Source of the DNA: Inhella sp.
GTDB lineage: Bacteria; Pseudomonadota; Gammaproteobacteria; Burkholderiales; Burkholderiaceae_C
Assembly: GCF_027532025.1 (NCBI RefSeq)
Contig: NZ_JAPZSY010000052.1
Location: 377-64,376, forward strand
Direction of reading: 5' to 3'
Length of the DNA stretch: 64,000 nucleotides
The position numbers and the translations under genes are program-made. Position 1 is the first letter of the stretch. Each line of letters begins with the position of its first letter. This document shows, piece by piece, positions 1-9,630 of this stretch. A model generated the notes under the pieces. That model was not told where the DNA came from. It saw nothing but the letters and a program-made list of their open reading frames with translations, and did not search any database.

Positions 1-192
1 GCAGGAAACCAACCCGCAAGCGCCGCTTTGGCCAAGTCGAAAGGCGCCACGCCGAGCGCCGCCCGCCCGGCTTCCGCTCACAACGGGACACAAGTTGGCC
101 CGTGCCAACCCAACACCCTTGCAGAAAATGCCGGTAGTCGGCTCTTTCAACTCCACGCCCCTGCGAGCCGAACTTCAAGCCATTCCCTGACC

Positions 193-1701
193 ATGCGAAC
201 CCTAGCCGGCTTCTTGCTTGCGGCCTCGCTGTGCGCCCTGGCCACAGCGGCACGCGCGAACCACATGTGCACCAACTCGCCCAACGAGGTCTTTGTCGGC
301 ATGTCACCGCCGGGTCCGGGCATCGCAGCCGTGCCCTTGTGTCGCTGGGTCACGCCGCCAGAACCCGAGAAGCCAGCGCCAAAGCCCACGATGGATCTGG
401 CCCACAACCACGGCGCCATGGTGCGCCATGCGCAGGCACTGGCACCTTGGAACGCAACGGGCTACGCCGATGCGCGCAGTGCCCGCAACGCCGCGCAGGA
501 GGCCTGCACCGCCGTGATGGGGCCAGGCTGCCGTGTGGTGCACGAGGTGCGCAATGCAGTGGCCGTGGCGGCGGTGCGTGAGGATGGGGAATACCTCATC
601 GCGGCCGACTCACGCGAAGCCGGTGCGCGGGAGCGCGCACTGAGCCAGTGCCGAGCCCAAGGCAAGCCTTGCGATCTTGTGTACGTCTTGAGTGCGCGCT
701 TGGAGCTCACGCCAGCGGGCCGAGGCCCCACGTTCAAGCCGAAGGTGGACAACCTGAACAACTGGCCCAGCGAAATCTTCGCGGCCAACAACTCCAAAGC
801 GGCAGAAGCGGCCGCCGTGCTGGCGGCGCGCAACATCACCGCCACGCTGCGGGCCACGGCCACCGCACCCATGCCGGTGGCCACCAATGCCGTGGTCTAC
901 CACCCTGGGGTGAAGTGGCTGTTCATCAACAAACAGGCTGACGGCCCCACGGGCCCCGCAGCGCTGCGTGCCAGCATGGGCTGGTGTCGCCAAGCCATGC
1001 GCGACGAAGCTTGCCGCCACATCGGCGACTCCTGGGTGAACTTTCCACAGGACACCGCGCAGGCGGTGGGCATCGCGCTGCGCGAGGACGGCGAACGCTT
1101 CTTTGAGGTGCTGCAGAGCGAACCCGGCAAACACCGTGAAACGCGAACCTACCAAGCGGCTGCGCAGGCTGCCTTGCGCCGGTGCAAAGAGGGCGGCTTT
1201 CTCTGTACGGCGCTGCCCATCAGCGCCGGAGTGGATCGACCCATCGACTTCGCCAAGCTCCCCGAGTACCTCAGCCAGATGGCCTTGGCCGCGTGGCCCA
1301 CGGAGGGCTCTGCGGCCGGCCGCGATGTCTGGATCGCGCAGGGCTTCACCGTCAAGCAACTCGGCGAAGCGGAGGCGGCGCTGCTCGCGGCTTGCCAGCG
1401 AGAGAGCGGCCACGAGTGCAAGATCCAAAAGCGTGTGACCGACACCAGCTTGCTGATTTACCGGGCCGAAGCGCAGGCCCGACTCGGCGTGGACGCCGTG
1501 GTCGCAGACAACGGCACCGATGCCTACCGCGTCATGCAACAGCCCGCCATCCCGGAGGCTGCGGTGGTGCAGCTTCTCCAGGCCGAGATCGATCAAAAGC
1601 TGCAGCAGCGCTGTGGTGGTCCGAGCCCGAACTGCAGTGCCGTCCGTGTGATCAACGCACAGGTCGCACAAGCTCAGGTGCTTCGTATCTCGCCCAACTG
1701 A
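193..1701 (+). CDS. Secreted Cys-pair repeat protein (DUF4189-like modules)
   Basis: The ATG at 193 inside ORF 28..1701 gives a Sec-type signal peptide, MRTLAGFLLAASLCALATAARA. The mature part carries six helix plus C-x6-8-C motifs: CTAVMGPGC, CRAQGKPC, CRQAMRDEAC, CKEGGFLC, CQRESGHEC, CGGPSPNC. No clear SD, so the start is uncertain. Confidence 0.6.
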   Translation: MRTLAGFLLAASLCALATAARANHMCTNSPNEVFVGMSPPGPGIAAVPLCRWVTPPEPEKPAPKPTMDLAHNHGAMVRHAQALAPWNATGYADARSARNAAQEACTAVMGPGCRVVHEVRNAVAVAAVREDGEYLIAADSREAGARERALSQCRAQGKPCDLVYVLSARLELTPAGRGPTFKPKVDNLNNWPSEIFAANNSKAAEAAAVLAARNITATLRATATAPMPVATNAVVYHPGVKWLFINKQADGPTGPAALRASMGWCRQAMRDEACRHIGDSWVNFPQDTAQAVGIALREDGERFFEVLQSEPGKHRETRTYQAAAQAALRRCKEGGFLCTALPISAGVDRPIDFAKLPEYLSQMALAAWPTEGSAAGRDVWIAQGFTVKQLGEAEAALLAACQRESGHECKIQKRVTDTSLLIYRAEAQARLGVDAVVADNGTDAYRVMQQPAIPEAAVVQLLQAEIDQKLQQRCGGPSPNCSAVRVINAQVAQAQVLRISPN

Positions 1702-2095
1702 TGGGCCCAGGCGAGGGCTTGTGCTGCACCGGCTGCTGGCGCTCTGGGGGGCGTCCTGAGCGGCCGGTTTAGGGCGGGCATTTCCGAGAGTTGGCGGGCA
1801 TGTTGTCGGGGTCAGGTCTTGCCTTTTGCCCCCAAAGCACCAAGCCTGATGGCGCCGCGCCACCCTCCCAGTGCCGTCGATTGACCCGCCCTCCCCCCTG
1901 AGTCGACGGCGAAACCAGGTACCCGCTCAGAGCTGCGCCCAAGACCGCCCTCTGTGCAGCACGCGCAAGCCTGGTCCTGATCGGGCTCCAACTCCTGGCT
2001 GACACCTGGCCTCCGCGGTCTGGCTCCGCGTTACCGGGTCAGTCTTGTCTCTTGCCCCCGAACTGCTAGGCCGGTGGCGCGACGTCCTCAGCCAA

Positions 2096-3298
2096 TCACC
2101 GCCAACTGAACCGCCCCACCACCTGCGCCGAGCCCAGCGCCAGCCCCAGCAGCGCCGCCGCGCCCAGCATGACGCCCGCCGGCCATTGGTGGTCCAGGAA
2201 CAAACCGAACAGCGGGGCCGAGAGTGCGAAGCCGATGTCCAGGCCCGAATACACGGTGCCGTAGACGCGGCCGGTGGCCCCGGGGGGGGCGGCGCGCTTG
2301 ACGAGCATGTCGCGCGCCGGGCCGGCCAGGCCGGTGCCCACGCCGGCCACCATCACCAGGCCCAGGGCCACGGCCAGGGGCCAGCCGGACCAGGACGAGG
2401 CCACGAGCAGGGCGCCGCCCGCGCTCAAGGCCATGGCGATGTGGCGTTCCAGTTGGGCGCCCTTGGCCACCATGAAGCCGCCGATGAGCATGCCCAGCGC
2501 CCCGCACAGCATGTAGCCCGTCACCACCAAGGCGGTTTGGCTCGCGTCCACCTCATGAATCCGCGCCAAGGCTGGGCCTGCGAAGTTTTGGATGCCAGCC
2601 AGCGCCGCCGTGGTGAAGAAGAAGAACGAGAAGCACAGCCACACCGAGGGGAGCCTCAGGAAGTCGAAGGTGCGCGCGGGCTCGCTGGCGCGGCTGGGGT
2701 GCGAGACCGGGTGGTCTTCGATGGCGGCGCGCTGCCACCACAGCACGGCCATCACCGTGAGGGCCACCATGGCCGTGCCGGCGTACACCCAGCGCCAGTG
2801 GCCCGTGGCCTGCATCACCAGCAAGGCAAACACCGGCGACAAGGACCAGCCCAGGTTGCCGCTGATGCCGTGCACGCTGAAGGCGTGGCCCAGGCGCGCG
2901 GGGCTGACGCGCTGGTTCAGGATGGTGAAGTCCGCCGGGTGGAAGGGCGCGTTGCCCAGGCCGGCCAGCGCCGCCGCCAGCACCAAGCCGGCGTAGCCCT
3001 GGGCCGTGCCCGCGGTCACGGAGGCCAGCGCGAAGCAGGCCATGGCGGCCAGCAGGGCCGGGCGGGCGCCGTGGCGGTCCACCACGAAGCCGGCCAGGGC
3101 CTGCCCCACGCCGCTGACGCCGTAGAACACCGACACCAGCAGGCCCAGCTGCGCCCAACTCAGGCCAAAGCTGTGCGTAAACACCGGGAACAGCGGCGGC
3201 AGCAGCAGGTGAAAGAAGTGGCTGGTGCCGTGTGCCAGGCCGATCAGGGAGATCGTGTGCACATCGGCGCGGCGGGACGACAGGGCCAGGCTCGACAT
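2096..3298 (-). CDS. MFS transporter
   Basis: 400-aa ORF with ATG at 3298. It has about 12 hydrophobic spans and an MFS-type TM2-3 loop (GFVVDRHGARP). Confidence 0.85.
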   Translation of the reverse strand: MSSLALSSRRADVHTISLIGLAHGTSHFFHLLLPPLFPVFTHSFGLSWAQLGLLVSVFYGVSGVGQALAGFVVDRHGARPALLAAMACFALASVTAGTAQGYAGLVLAAALAGLGNAPFHPADFTILNQRVSPARLGHAFSVHGISGNLGWSLSPVFALLVMQATGHWRWVYAGTAMVALTVMAVLWWQRAAIEDHPVSHPSRASEPARTFDFLRLPSVWLCFSFFFFTTAALAGIQNFAGPALARIHEVDASQTALVVTGYMLCGALGMLIGGFMVAKGAQLERHIAMALSAGGALLVASSWSGWPLAVALGLVMVAGVGTGLAGPARDMLVKRAAPPGATGRVYGTVYSGLDIGFALSAPLFGLFLDHQWPAGVMLGAAALLGLALGSAQVVGRFSWR

Positions 3299-3367
3299 GG
3301 CGCCATGGTGCCCAGCCGCAGGCTTGCGTGGTTACGATAGCTTGTCGATTTCTGTCGAGTTACGGCC

Positions 3368-4183
3368 ATGGCCCGCCCTTCCCGCACCCCGCTGCCGGTG
3401 CTTGACCCCGAACGCCACGCGCCCAGCCCCACGCGCCCGGTGCGGGCGCGCGCCCGGCGCATGGCCAGCAGCATGGAGATCCGGCCGCACCACCACGCCT
3501 GGGGGCAGCTGGTGTTCTCGGCTCAAGGTGCGGTGCGGGTGGAAACGCAAGACGGCACAAGAGGCCACGCCTTCATCGTGCCGCCGGGGCGGGCGGTGTG
3601 GATCCCGCCCGGTGTGCAACACGCGGTGACCGCCATCCAACAGGCCGATTTGCGCACCCTGTACGTGCAAGCCGGCGCCCTGCCCTGGCCCGCGTGCCGG
3701 GTGATGGAGGCGACCCCGCTGATGCAGGCCGTGGTGCAGGCCCTGGCCGAGGGCGACACGCCCGAGCCGCCCGCCGGGCCCGAGCAAGCCCGCGTGCACG
3801 CGCTGACCACGCTGCTGCTGGACGAGGCCCAGCGCGCTGGCCCGGTGCCCCTGGGCCTGCCCTTGCCGCAAGAGCCGCGGCTGCGGCGCTTGTGCCAAGG
3901 GCTGCTGGACGAACCCGCCCGCCACACCGACCTGGCCCACTGGGCCGCCGAGGTGGGGGCCAGCGAGCGCACGCTGAACCGGCTGTTCAAGGCCGAGTTG
4001 GGCAGCGGGTTTCGGGAGTGGCGGGCGCAGTTGCTGCTGGCGCATGGCCTGACGCTGGCGGCCCGAGGCACGCCGATGGGGGTGATTGCCGCCGAGCTGG
4101 GTTACGCCAGCGCCAGCGCCTTCAGCGCGATGGTGACGCGCACGGTGGGCATGCCGCCCAAGCGCTTCTTTGCGCAGGCCTGA
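3368..4183 (+). CDS. AraC-family transcriptional regulator (cupin sensor + double HTH)
   Basis: 271-aa ORF divergent from the MFS gene. The C-terminus has AraC-type HTH segments ([39 protein letters not shown]). Confidence 0.8.
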   Translation: MARPSRTPLPVLDPERHAPSPTRPVRARARRMASSMEIRPHHHAWGQLVFSAQGAVRVETQDGTRGHAFIVPPGRAVWIPPGVQHAVTAIQQADLRTLYVQAGALPWPACRVMEATPLMQAVVQALAEGDTPEPPAGPEQARVHALTTLLLDEAQRAGPVPLGLPLPQEPRLRRLCQGLLDEPARHTDLAHWAAEVGASERTLNRLFKAELGSGFREWRAQLLLAHGLTLAARGTPMGVIAAELGYASASAFSAMVTRTVGMPPKRFFAQA

Positions 4184-4268
4184 TGGGCGCGGTCCAGCCC
4201 AACCAACCCCACGACAGCGACGCCACCGGCCTCCCCACCGACGGCACCGACCGGCCGACAATCCGCGC

Positions 4269-5366
4269 ATGGAACAAACGATCGCCTTCGACTACGACCG
4301 CCAAGACGCCGCCGGCGCCACCTGCACCGCCCATGCCTGGGCGAAGGTGCCCCAGCCCCCGCAAGACCGTGCCGCCGCCAAGGCGCGCGCCGCGCAACTG
4401 CTGCACGAGCGCGGTGCGGTGCTGGTGGCGCATTACTACGTGGACGGGGACCTGCAGGACTTGGCGCTGGAAACCGGCGGCTGTGTTTCGGACAGCCTGG
4501 AGATGGCCCGCTTCGGACGCGACCACGCCGCGCAAACCCTGGTGGTGGCCGGCGTGCGCTTCATGGGCGAAACGGCCAAGATCCTGAGCCCCGAAAAGAC
4601 GGTGCTGATGCCCGACCTGGACGCGACCTGCTCGCTGGACTTGGGCTGCCCAGCCGACGACTTCGCCGCGTTTTGCGACCAGCACCCCGACCGTCAGGTG
4701 GTGGTCTACGCCAACACCAGCGCCGCGGTGAAGGCTCGGGCCGATTGGATGGTGACCAGCAGCTGCGCGCTGGACATCGTGCATCACCTGCATGCACAGG
4801 GCCAGAAAATCTTGTGGGCGCCCGACCGCCATTTGGGCCGCTACATCCAGGAACAAACGGGCGCCGACATGCTGCTGTGGAACGGCGCCTGCATCGTGCA
4901 CGACGAGTTCAAGGGCATCGAGCTGGAGTTGCTGCGCGAGCAGCACCCCGACGCCCTGGTGCTGGTGCACCCCGAAAGCCCACGCAGCGTCGTCGAACAG
5001 GCCGATGTGGTGGGCTCCACCAGTGCGCTCATCAAGGCGGTGGTGGAAGGCCGGCAGCAGCGCTACATCGTGGCCACGGACAACGGCATCCTGCACCGCA
5101 TGCGCCAACTGGCGCCGGGCAAAGAGCTGATCGAGGCTCCCACCGCCGGCAACGGCGCCACCTGCAAGAGCTGCGCGCATTGCCCCTGGATGGCCATGAA
5201 CGCGCTGACCAACCTGATCCAGGTGCTGGAGACCGGCGCCAACACGGTGCAGGTGCCCGAGGGCACCCGCGCCCGCGCCCAGGCCTGCATCACCCGGATG
5301 CTGGACTTCACCGCCGCCCAGAAGGCCCGCGCCTACGGGATGACCCCGGGCATGGGGGCCGCCTGA
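4269..5366 (+). CDS. nadA: Quinolinate synthase NadA
   Basis: The internal ATG at 4269 starts MEQTIAFDY. Strong NadA-like sequence follows ([41 protein letters not shown], conserved Cys in TCSLD / CIVH / [10 protein letters not shown]). Confidence 0.92.
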   Translation: MEQTIAFDYDRQDAAGATCTAHAWAKVPQPPQDRAAAKARAAQLLHERGAVLVAHYYVDGDLQDLALETGGCVSDSLEMARFGRDHAAQTLVVAGVRFMGETAKILSPEKTVLMPDLDATCSLDLGCPADDFAAFCDQHPDRQVVVYANTSAAVKARADWMVTSSCALDIVHHLHAQGQKILWAPDRHLGRYIQEQTGADMLLWNGACIVHDEFKGIELELLREQHPDALVLVHPESPRSVVEQADVVGSTSALIKAVVEGRQQRYIVATDNGILHRMRQLAPGKELIEAPTAGNGATCKSCAHCPWMAMNALTNLIQVLETGANTVQVPEGTRARAQACITRMLDFTAAQKARAYGMTPGMGAA

Positions 5367-5400
5367 GCCCACCAGAATGGACGGACCCCAGGAGGCGCGC

Positions 5401-5697
5401 ATGGCCCATCCCGACTTCTCCCAGCTGTTCAACCACCACGAACGCGAAGTCTTCGCCGCGGTGATGGCCGCAGCGCCGGATTACCCCGACATCGCCATCT
5501 CCAAAGACCTGCTGTGCGACGTGGCCTGTGTGGCGCTGAACCGGCTGCCGCCGCGCTACATCCGCCACACGGTGGACTTCAGCTTCTACTTGACCGAGCA
5601 GGAACGTCAGCAAATGGACACGGCGATCGCCGATGCTGTGGCATATGCCTTCAATTTCGTGACTGCCCGCACCGCAATGCGCCAACAACCGCTTTAA
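5401..5697 (+). CDS. ComFB-family protein (late competence development protein ComFB-like)
   Basis: The ATG at 5401 is preceded by AGGAGG at 5390-5395. The 98-aa product has the ComFB-like core DLLCDVACVALNRLPPRYIRH. Confidence 0.75.
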   Translation: MAHPDFSQLFNHHEREVFAAVMAAAPDYPDIAISKDLLCDVACVALNRLPPRYIRHTVDFSFYLTEQERQQMDTAIADAVAYAFNFVTARTAMRQQPL

Positions 5698-5730
5698 TCA
5701 GGCTTCTTCCACCCCCGAAAGGTCCACGAA

Positions 5731-6150
5731 ATGAATCGTCGCCAATCTGGTTTCACCCTCATCGAGCTGATCGTCGTCATCGTCATCCTGGGCATCCTGG
5801 CGGCCGTGGCCGTGCCGCGCTTCGTCGACCTGAGCAGTTCGGCCGAAACGTCCTCCTTGAAGGGCGTGGCTGCGGCCCTGGCCAGTGGCTCGGTCTTGAA
5901 CCACTCCAACAACCTGCTGGTGGACGCCGGACTGGCCAGCAGCGCAACGCTTGTCACGGTGACGGCGTGCGAGCAAGTGGCCGGCACGCTGAATGGCGGG
6001 CTGCCCTCCACCGATTACGTCATCACTCCCGGGACGGGTACGCCCATCTCACCCGCCGCGACGGGCATTGCAGCCGAAGGCGGCACGTCCACCTGCACCT
6101 TGACCTACAAGGGCAAGACGGCCACCTTCGTGGGCTACGGCGTGCAGTAA
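5731..6150 (+). CDS. Type IV pilin-like protein (prepilin N-terminal cleavage/methylation domain)
   Basis: Leader MNRRQSG followed by FTLIELIVVIVILGILAAVAVP (G/F cleavage site, Glu at +5). There are two Cys in the C-terminal half (TACEQ, TSTCTL). 139 aa. Confidence 0.85.
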   Translation: MNRRQSGFTLIELIVVIVILGILAAVAVPRFVDLSSSAETSSLKGVAAALASGSVLNHSNNLLVDAGLASSATLVTVTACEQVAGTLNGGLPSTDYVITPGTGTPISPAATGIAAEGGTSTCTLTYKGKTATFVGYGVQ

Positions 6151-6174
6151 GGCTCGCCAGCGCCCCCATGAAAT

Positions 6175-6197
6175 CGGGCCCCGCGGGGCCCGTTTTT
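6175..6197. terminator. Bidirectional intrinsic terminator between the pilin gene and nadB
   Basis: Perfect 9+9 palindrome CGGGCCCCG/CGGGGCCCG (6175-6192) followed by T5 (6193-6197). On the other strand it is followed by GATTTCAT. It abuts the nadB stop codon. Confidence 0.6.
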
Positions 6198-7798
6198 CAT
6201 GCCTGCCGCACCGGCGGGATCAACAAGGTGGGGAAGCTGGACGGCAGGGTTTCCGGGAAGTCGCGGCTGAAATGCAGGCCGCGGCTTTCGTGTCGCATCA
6301 GCGCGCTGCGCACGATCAGCTCGGCGCAGTCCACGAGGTTGCGCAACTCCAGCAGGTCGCGGTTGACGCGGAAGTTGGCGTAGTACTCCAGCACCTCGCT
6401 CTTGAGCAGGTCGATGCGGTGCAGCGCGCGCTCCAGGCGCTTGGTGGTGCGCACGATGCCGACGTAGTTCCACATCAACAGGCGCAGCTCGTCCCAGTTG
6501 TGGGCGATGACCACCTGCTCATCGGCGTTTTCCACCTGGCTTTCGTCCCAAGCCGGCAAGGCCGGCGCCGCGCTGCGCGCGCTGGCACCGATGTGGGCCG
6601 CGCAGGTCCGGCCCAGCACCACGCACTCCAACAGGCTGTTGCTGGCCAAACGGTTGGCGCCGTGCAGGCCGGTGTAGCCGGTTTCGCCCACGGCGTACAG
6701 ACCGGGCAAGTCGGCGCGGCCGTCCAGGTCGGTGACCACGCCGCCGCAGGTGAAGTGCACCGCCGGCACCACAGGAATGGGCTGTTTGGCGATGTCGATG
6801 CCCAGCTTCAAGCACCGCGCGTGGATGGTGGGGAAGTGCTCCTTCAAGAAAGCCTCGCCCAGGTGCGTGGCGTCCAGCCACACGTGGTCGACGCCATGTT
6901 TCTTCATCTCAAAGTCGATGGCGCGCGCCACGATGTCGCGTGGCGCCAGTTCCAGGCGCGGGTCGTGGCGAGCCATGAAGCGGTCGCCGTTGGGTAGCTT
7001 CAAGTGCCCACCCTCCCCGCGCAGCGCCTCGGTGATGAGGAAGCTGCGCTCCTGAGGGTGGTACAGGCAGGTGGGGTGGAACTGGATGAACTCCATGTTG
7101 GCCACCCGACAACCGGCCCGCCAGGCCATGGCCACGCCGTCGCCGGTGGCCGTGTCGGGGTTGGTGGTGTAGCGATACACCTTGCCCGCACCGCCCGTGG
7201 CCAGCACCACCGCGCGGGCCGGCACGGTTTCCACACGGCCGCTGTCGATGTCCAGCGCGTACACGCCGTGGCAGCGCTTGGGCGCGTCGGGGCCCAAATG
7301 GCGGTGGGTGATGAGGTCCACCGCCATCCAGCGCTGCTTGAGGCTGATGTTGGGATGCACCTTGGCTTGGCTCAACAGGCGGTCGTGGATGGCCTTGCCC
7401 GTGGCATCGGCCGCATGGGCGATGCGGCGCACGGCGTGGCCGCCCTCGCGCGTCAGGTGCAGGCCCAGCGGGCCATCGTCGTCGGGGGTGAAGGGCACGC
7501 CCTGATCGACCAGCCAGGCCACCGCGCTGGCGCTGCGCTCGGCGATGAAGCGGGCCGTGGCCTCGTCCACCAGGCCGGCGCCGGCGTCCTGGGTGTCGCG
7601 CACATGGCTGTCGATGGAGTCGTCGCTGCCCAGCACGCCCACGATGCCGCCCTGCGCCCAGGCGGTGGCCGCTTCGGTCAGTTCGCGCTTGGCCAGCACC
7701 ACCACGGGGATGGTGTCGGCCAGGTGGAGGGCGACGGTCAGGCCGGCGAGGCCCGCGCCGATGATGACGACAGGGACGGTGTCAGGCGGTGTGTGCAT
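6197..7798 (-). CDS. nadB: L-aspartate oxidase NadB
   Basis: 533-aa ORF. It has an N-terminal FAD-binding motif (VVIIGAGLAGL) and NadB/succinate-dehydrogenase flavoprotein-like sequence throughout (AQGGI, HPTCLY, RGEGG). Confidence 0.93.
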   Translation of the reverse strand: MHTPPDTVPVVIIGAGLAGLTVALHLADTIPVVVLAKRELTEAATAWAQGGIVGVLGSDDSIDSHVRDTQDAGAGLVDEATARFIAERSASAVAWLVDQGVPFTPDDDGPLGLHLTREGGHAVRRIAHAADATGKAIHDRLLSQAKVHPNISLKQRWMAVDLITHRHLGPDAPKRCHGVYALDIDSGRVETVPARAVVLATGGAGKVYRYTTNPDTATGDGVAMAWRAGCRVANMEFIQFHPTCLYHPQERSFLITEALRGEGGHLKLPNGDRFMARHDPRLELAPRDIVARAIDFEMKKHGVDHVWLDATHLGEAFLKEHFPTIHARCLKLGIDIAKQPIPVVPAVHFTCGGVVTDLDGRADLPGLYAVGETGYTGLHGANRLASNSLLECVVLGRTCAAHIGASARSAAPALPAWDESQVENADEQVVIAHNWDELRLLMWNYVGIVRTTKRLERALHRIDLLKSEVLEYYANFRVNRDLLELRNLVDCAELIVRSALMRHESRGLHFSRDFPETLPSSFPTLLIPPVRQA

Positions 7799-7838
7799 GG
7801 GGGGCGATTCTGAGCGATGCCCCCAACAACGCCCAGAG

Positions 7839-8558
7839 TCACTGGGGCCGCCCGAGATCGAAGACGAGGACCTCGGCCTGCTGGCCGTCGCGGATCTGCA
7901 CCGCGGCCTCGTCGGCCATCTGCAAGCCGTCGCCCTGATTCAGGCGCTCGCCATTGACGGTGACGCTGCCTCGGGCCACTTGCACATAGGCCAATCGGCC
8001 GGCTGCCAGGGGCAAATCGGCGGCCTCGGCGCCGTCGAAACGGCCGGCGTACAACGAGGCATCGCTGTTGACGCGCACCAAGCCCCCGCCATCGGCGGCC
8101 AGCAGGGCCAGGCGCCCGCGCAGGCTGGCGGGGTCGATACGGGCCTGCTCGTAGCCCGGGGCACCGCCCGGTGTGTTGGGCAACATCCAAATCTGCAGCA
8201 GGTGAACCTCTTGGGGGCCGTGGTTCATCTCGCTGTGCAGCACACCGCTGCCGGCGCTCATGCGCTGGATCTCGCCGGGGCGAATCAAGCCCGCGTTGGC
8301 GCCGCCCACCTCGCCGTTGCCCATGCTGTCCTTGTGGGCCAACTCGCCTTCCAGCACATAGGTCACGATTTCCATGTCGCGGTGCCCATGCGTTCCAAAG
8401 CCGGTGTTCGGGGCCACGCGGTCTTCGTTGATCACGCGCAAAACGCCCCACCCCATGCGGCTGGGGTCATACCAGTTGGCGAAGGAGAAGCTGTGCTTGG
8501 CCAACAACCACCCGTGGTTGGCGCCGCCGCGTTGTTCAGACCGAAAAACCTGCTTCAT
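7839..8558 (-). CDS. Pirin-family protein
   Basis: The internal ATG at 8558 starts MKQVFRSEQRG and has AGGAG upstream. The pirin cupin motif is present (GFGTHGHRDMEIVTYVLEGEL). Confidence 0.9.
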   Translation of the reverse strand: MKQVFRSEQRGGANHGWLLAKHSFSFANWYDPSRMGWGVLRVINEDRVAPNTGFGTHGHRDMEIVTYVLEGELAHKDSMGNGEVGGANAGLIRPGEIQRMSAGSGVLHSEMNHGPQEVHLLQIWMLPNTPGGAPGYEQARIDPASLRGRLALLAADGGGLVRVNSDASLYAGRFDGAEAADLPLAAGRLAYVQVARGSVTVNGERLNQGDGLQMADEAAVQIRDGQQAEVLVFDLGRPQ

Positions 8559-8633
8559 GGGGAGACTCCTAGGGAATGCCCTCACTGTAGGGACGCTGAG
8601 TGGCCTTGTGGGCAAGGCAGGATGCCGACTGCG

Positions 8634-8648
8634 TTCAATTTGACTGAA
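8634..8648. promoter_or_regulatory. Candidate LysR-type binding box in the pirin/LysR divergent region
   Basis: Inverted repeat TTCA-N7-TGAA (TTCAATTTGACTGAA), 8 nt upstream of the LysR start. Confidence 0.35.
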
Positions 8649-8655
8649 GGCCGCC

Positions 8656-9630
8656 ATGCACATCGCCGACAAACGCAGCGTGCTCACGCCCGACGCCCTG
8701 GCCATGGTGGACGCCATCGCCCGCACGGGCAGCTTTGCCGGCGCGGCGCGCGAGCTGGGCAAGGTGCCATCGGCCCTGACTTACGCCGTTCGCCATCTGG
8801 AGGAGGCGCTGGACGTGCTCCTGTTCGACCGCAGCGCCCGGCACGCCCAGCTCACCGCCGCCGGGCACGAGCTGCTGGTGGAGGGCCGACGCCTGTTGAT
8901 GGAGATCGACGCCGTGGCCAACCGCGTCAAGCGCATCGCCACCGGCTGGGAGGCCGAGCTCACCATCGCCGTGGACGACGCCGTGGCGCGCCCGGCGCTG
9001 TACGACCTGATCGCCGCCTTCCAGCAGCAGCGCATCGAGCCCCTGTCGGGCACGCCGCACGCCCACAAGGGGCCACCCACGCGGCTGCGCTTTCGCACCG
9101 AGGTGATGTCGGGCACTTGGGAGGCCTTGGTGTCGGGCCAGGCCGACCTGGCCATCGGCACCAGTTCGCAGCCGCCGGGCTCCAGCGTGGCTTGTGAGGT
9201 CATGGGAGAACAAGCGTGGCTGTTCGTCGTGGCGCCGGCGCACCCGCTGGCCAGCGTGGAGGGGCCACTCAGCGCGGCACAGATTGCCGAGCACCGCATC
9301 GTCACCGTGGCCGACACCGCGCGCCAGTTGGCGCCACTGACCGTGGGCGTGGTGCCCGGGCAGGACGTGCTGACGCTGTCCAGCTTGAGCGCCAAGCTTC
9401 AAGCCCAGCTGCGTGGCCTGGGCTGCGGCTGGCTGCCCGAGCCCATGGTGCGCGAAGCCCTGGCCCGGGGCCTGCTGGTGGCCAAGGACACCTTCGACAC
9501 CCGGCGCATCACGCTGCACTACGCGTGGCGCGTCACCGGCGCACCGCCGGCCCGAGCCTTGAGCTGGTGGCTGCAGCAGCTCAAGAGCGAAGCCACGCGC
9601 CGCGCACTGCTCGAGCAGCACTTGACTTGA
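8656..9630 (+). CDS. LysR-family transcriptional regulator
   Basis: N-terminal wHTH ([38 protein letters not shown]) plus a LysR substrate-binding domain. Divergent from the pirin gene. Confidence 0.9.
   Translation: MHIADKRSVLTPDALAMVDAIARTGSFAGAARELGKVPSALTYAVRHLEEALDVLLFDRSARHAQLTAAGHELLVEGRRLLMEIDAVANRVKRIATGWEAELTIAVDDAVARPALYDLIAAFQQQRIEPLSGTPHAHKGPPTRLRFRTEVMSGTWEALVSGQADLAIGTSSQPPGSSVACEVMGEQAWLFVVAPAHPLASVEGPLSAAQIAEHRIVTVADTARQLAPLTVGVVPGQDVLTLSSLSAKLQAQLRGLGCGWLPEPMVREALARGLLVAKDTFDTRRITLHYAWRVTGAPPARALSWWLQQLKSEATRRALLEQHLT

Noticed and set aside
610-5432. Several long antisense ORFs (610-1863, 2045-3340, 3332-4270, 4122-5432)
   Set aside because: Each overlaps a gene with clear family signatures on the other strand (DUF4189-like, MFS, AraC, NadA), and none has motifs, signal peptides or an RBS.
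9216-9626. N-terminal extension of the gluQ ORF (430-aa version)
   Set aside because: The extension overlaps the LysR gene out of frame and is Arg/Ala/Gly-rich. GluQRS homology begins at [12 protein letters not shown], right after the TTG at 9627.
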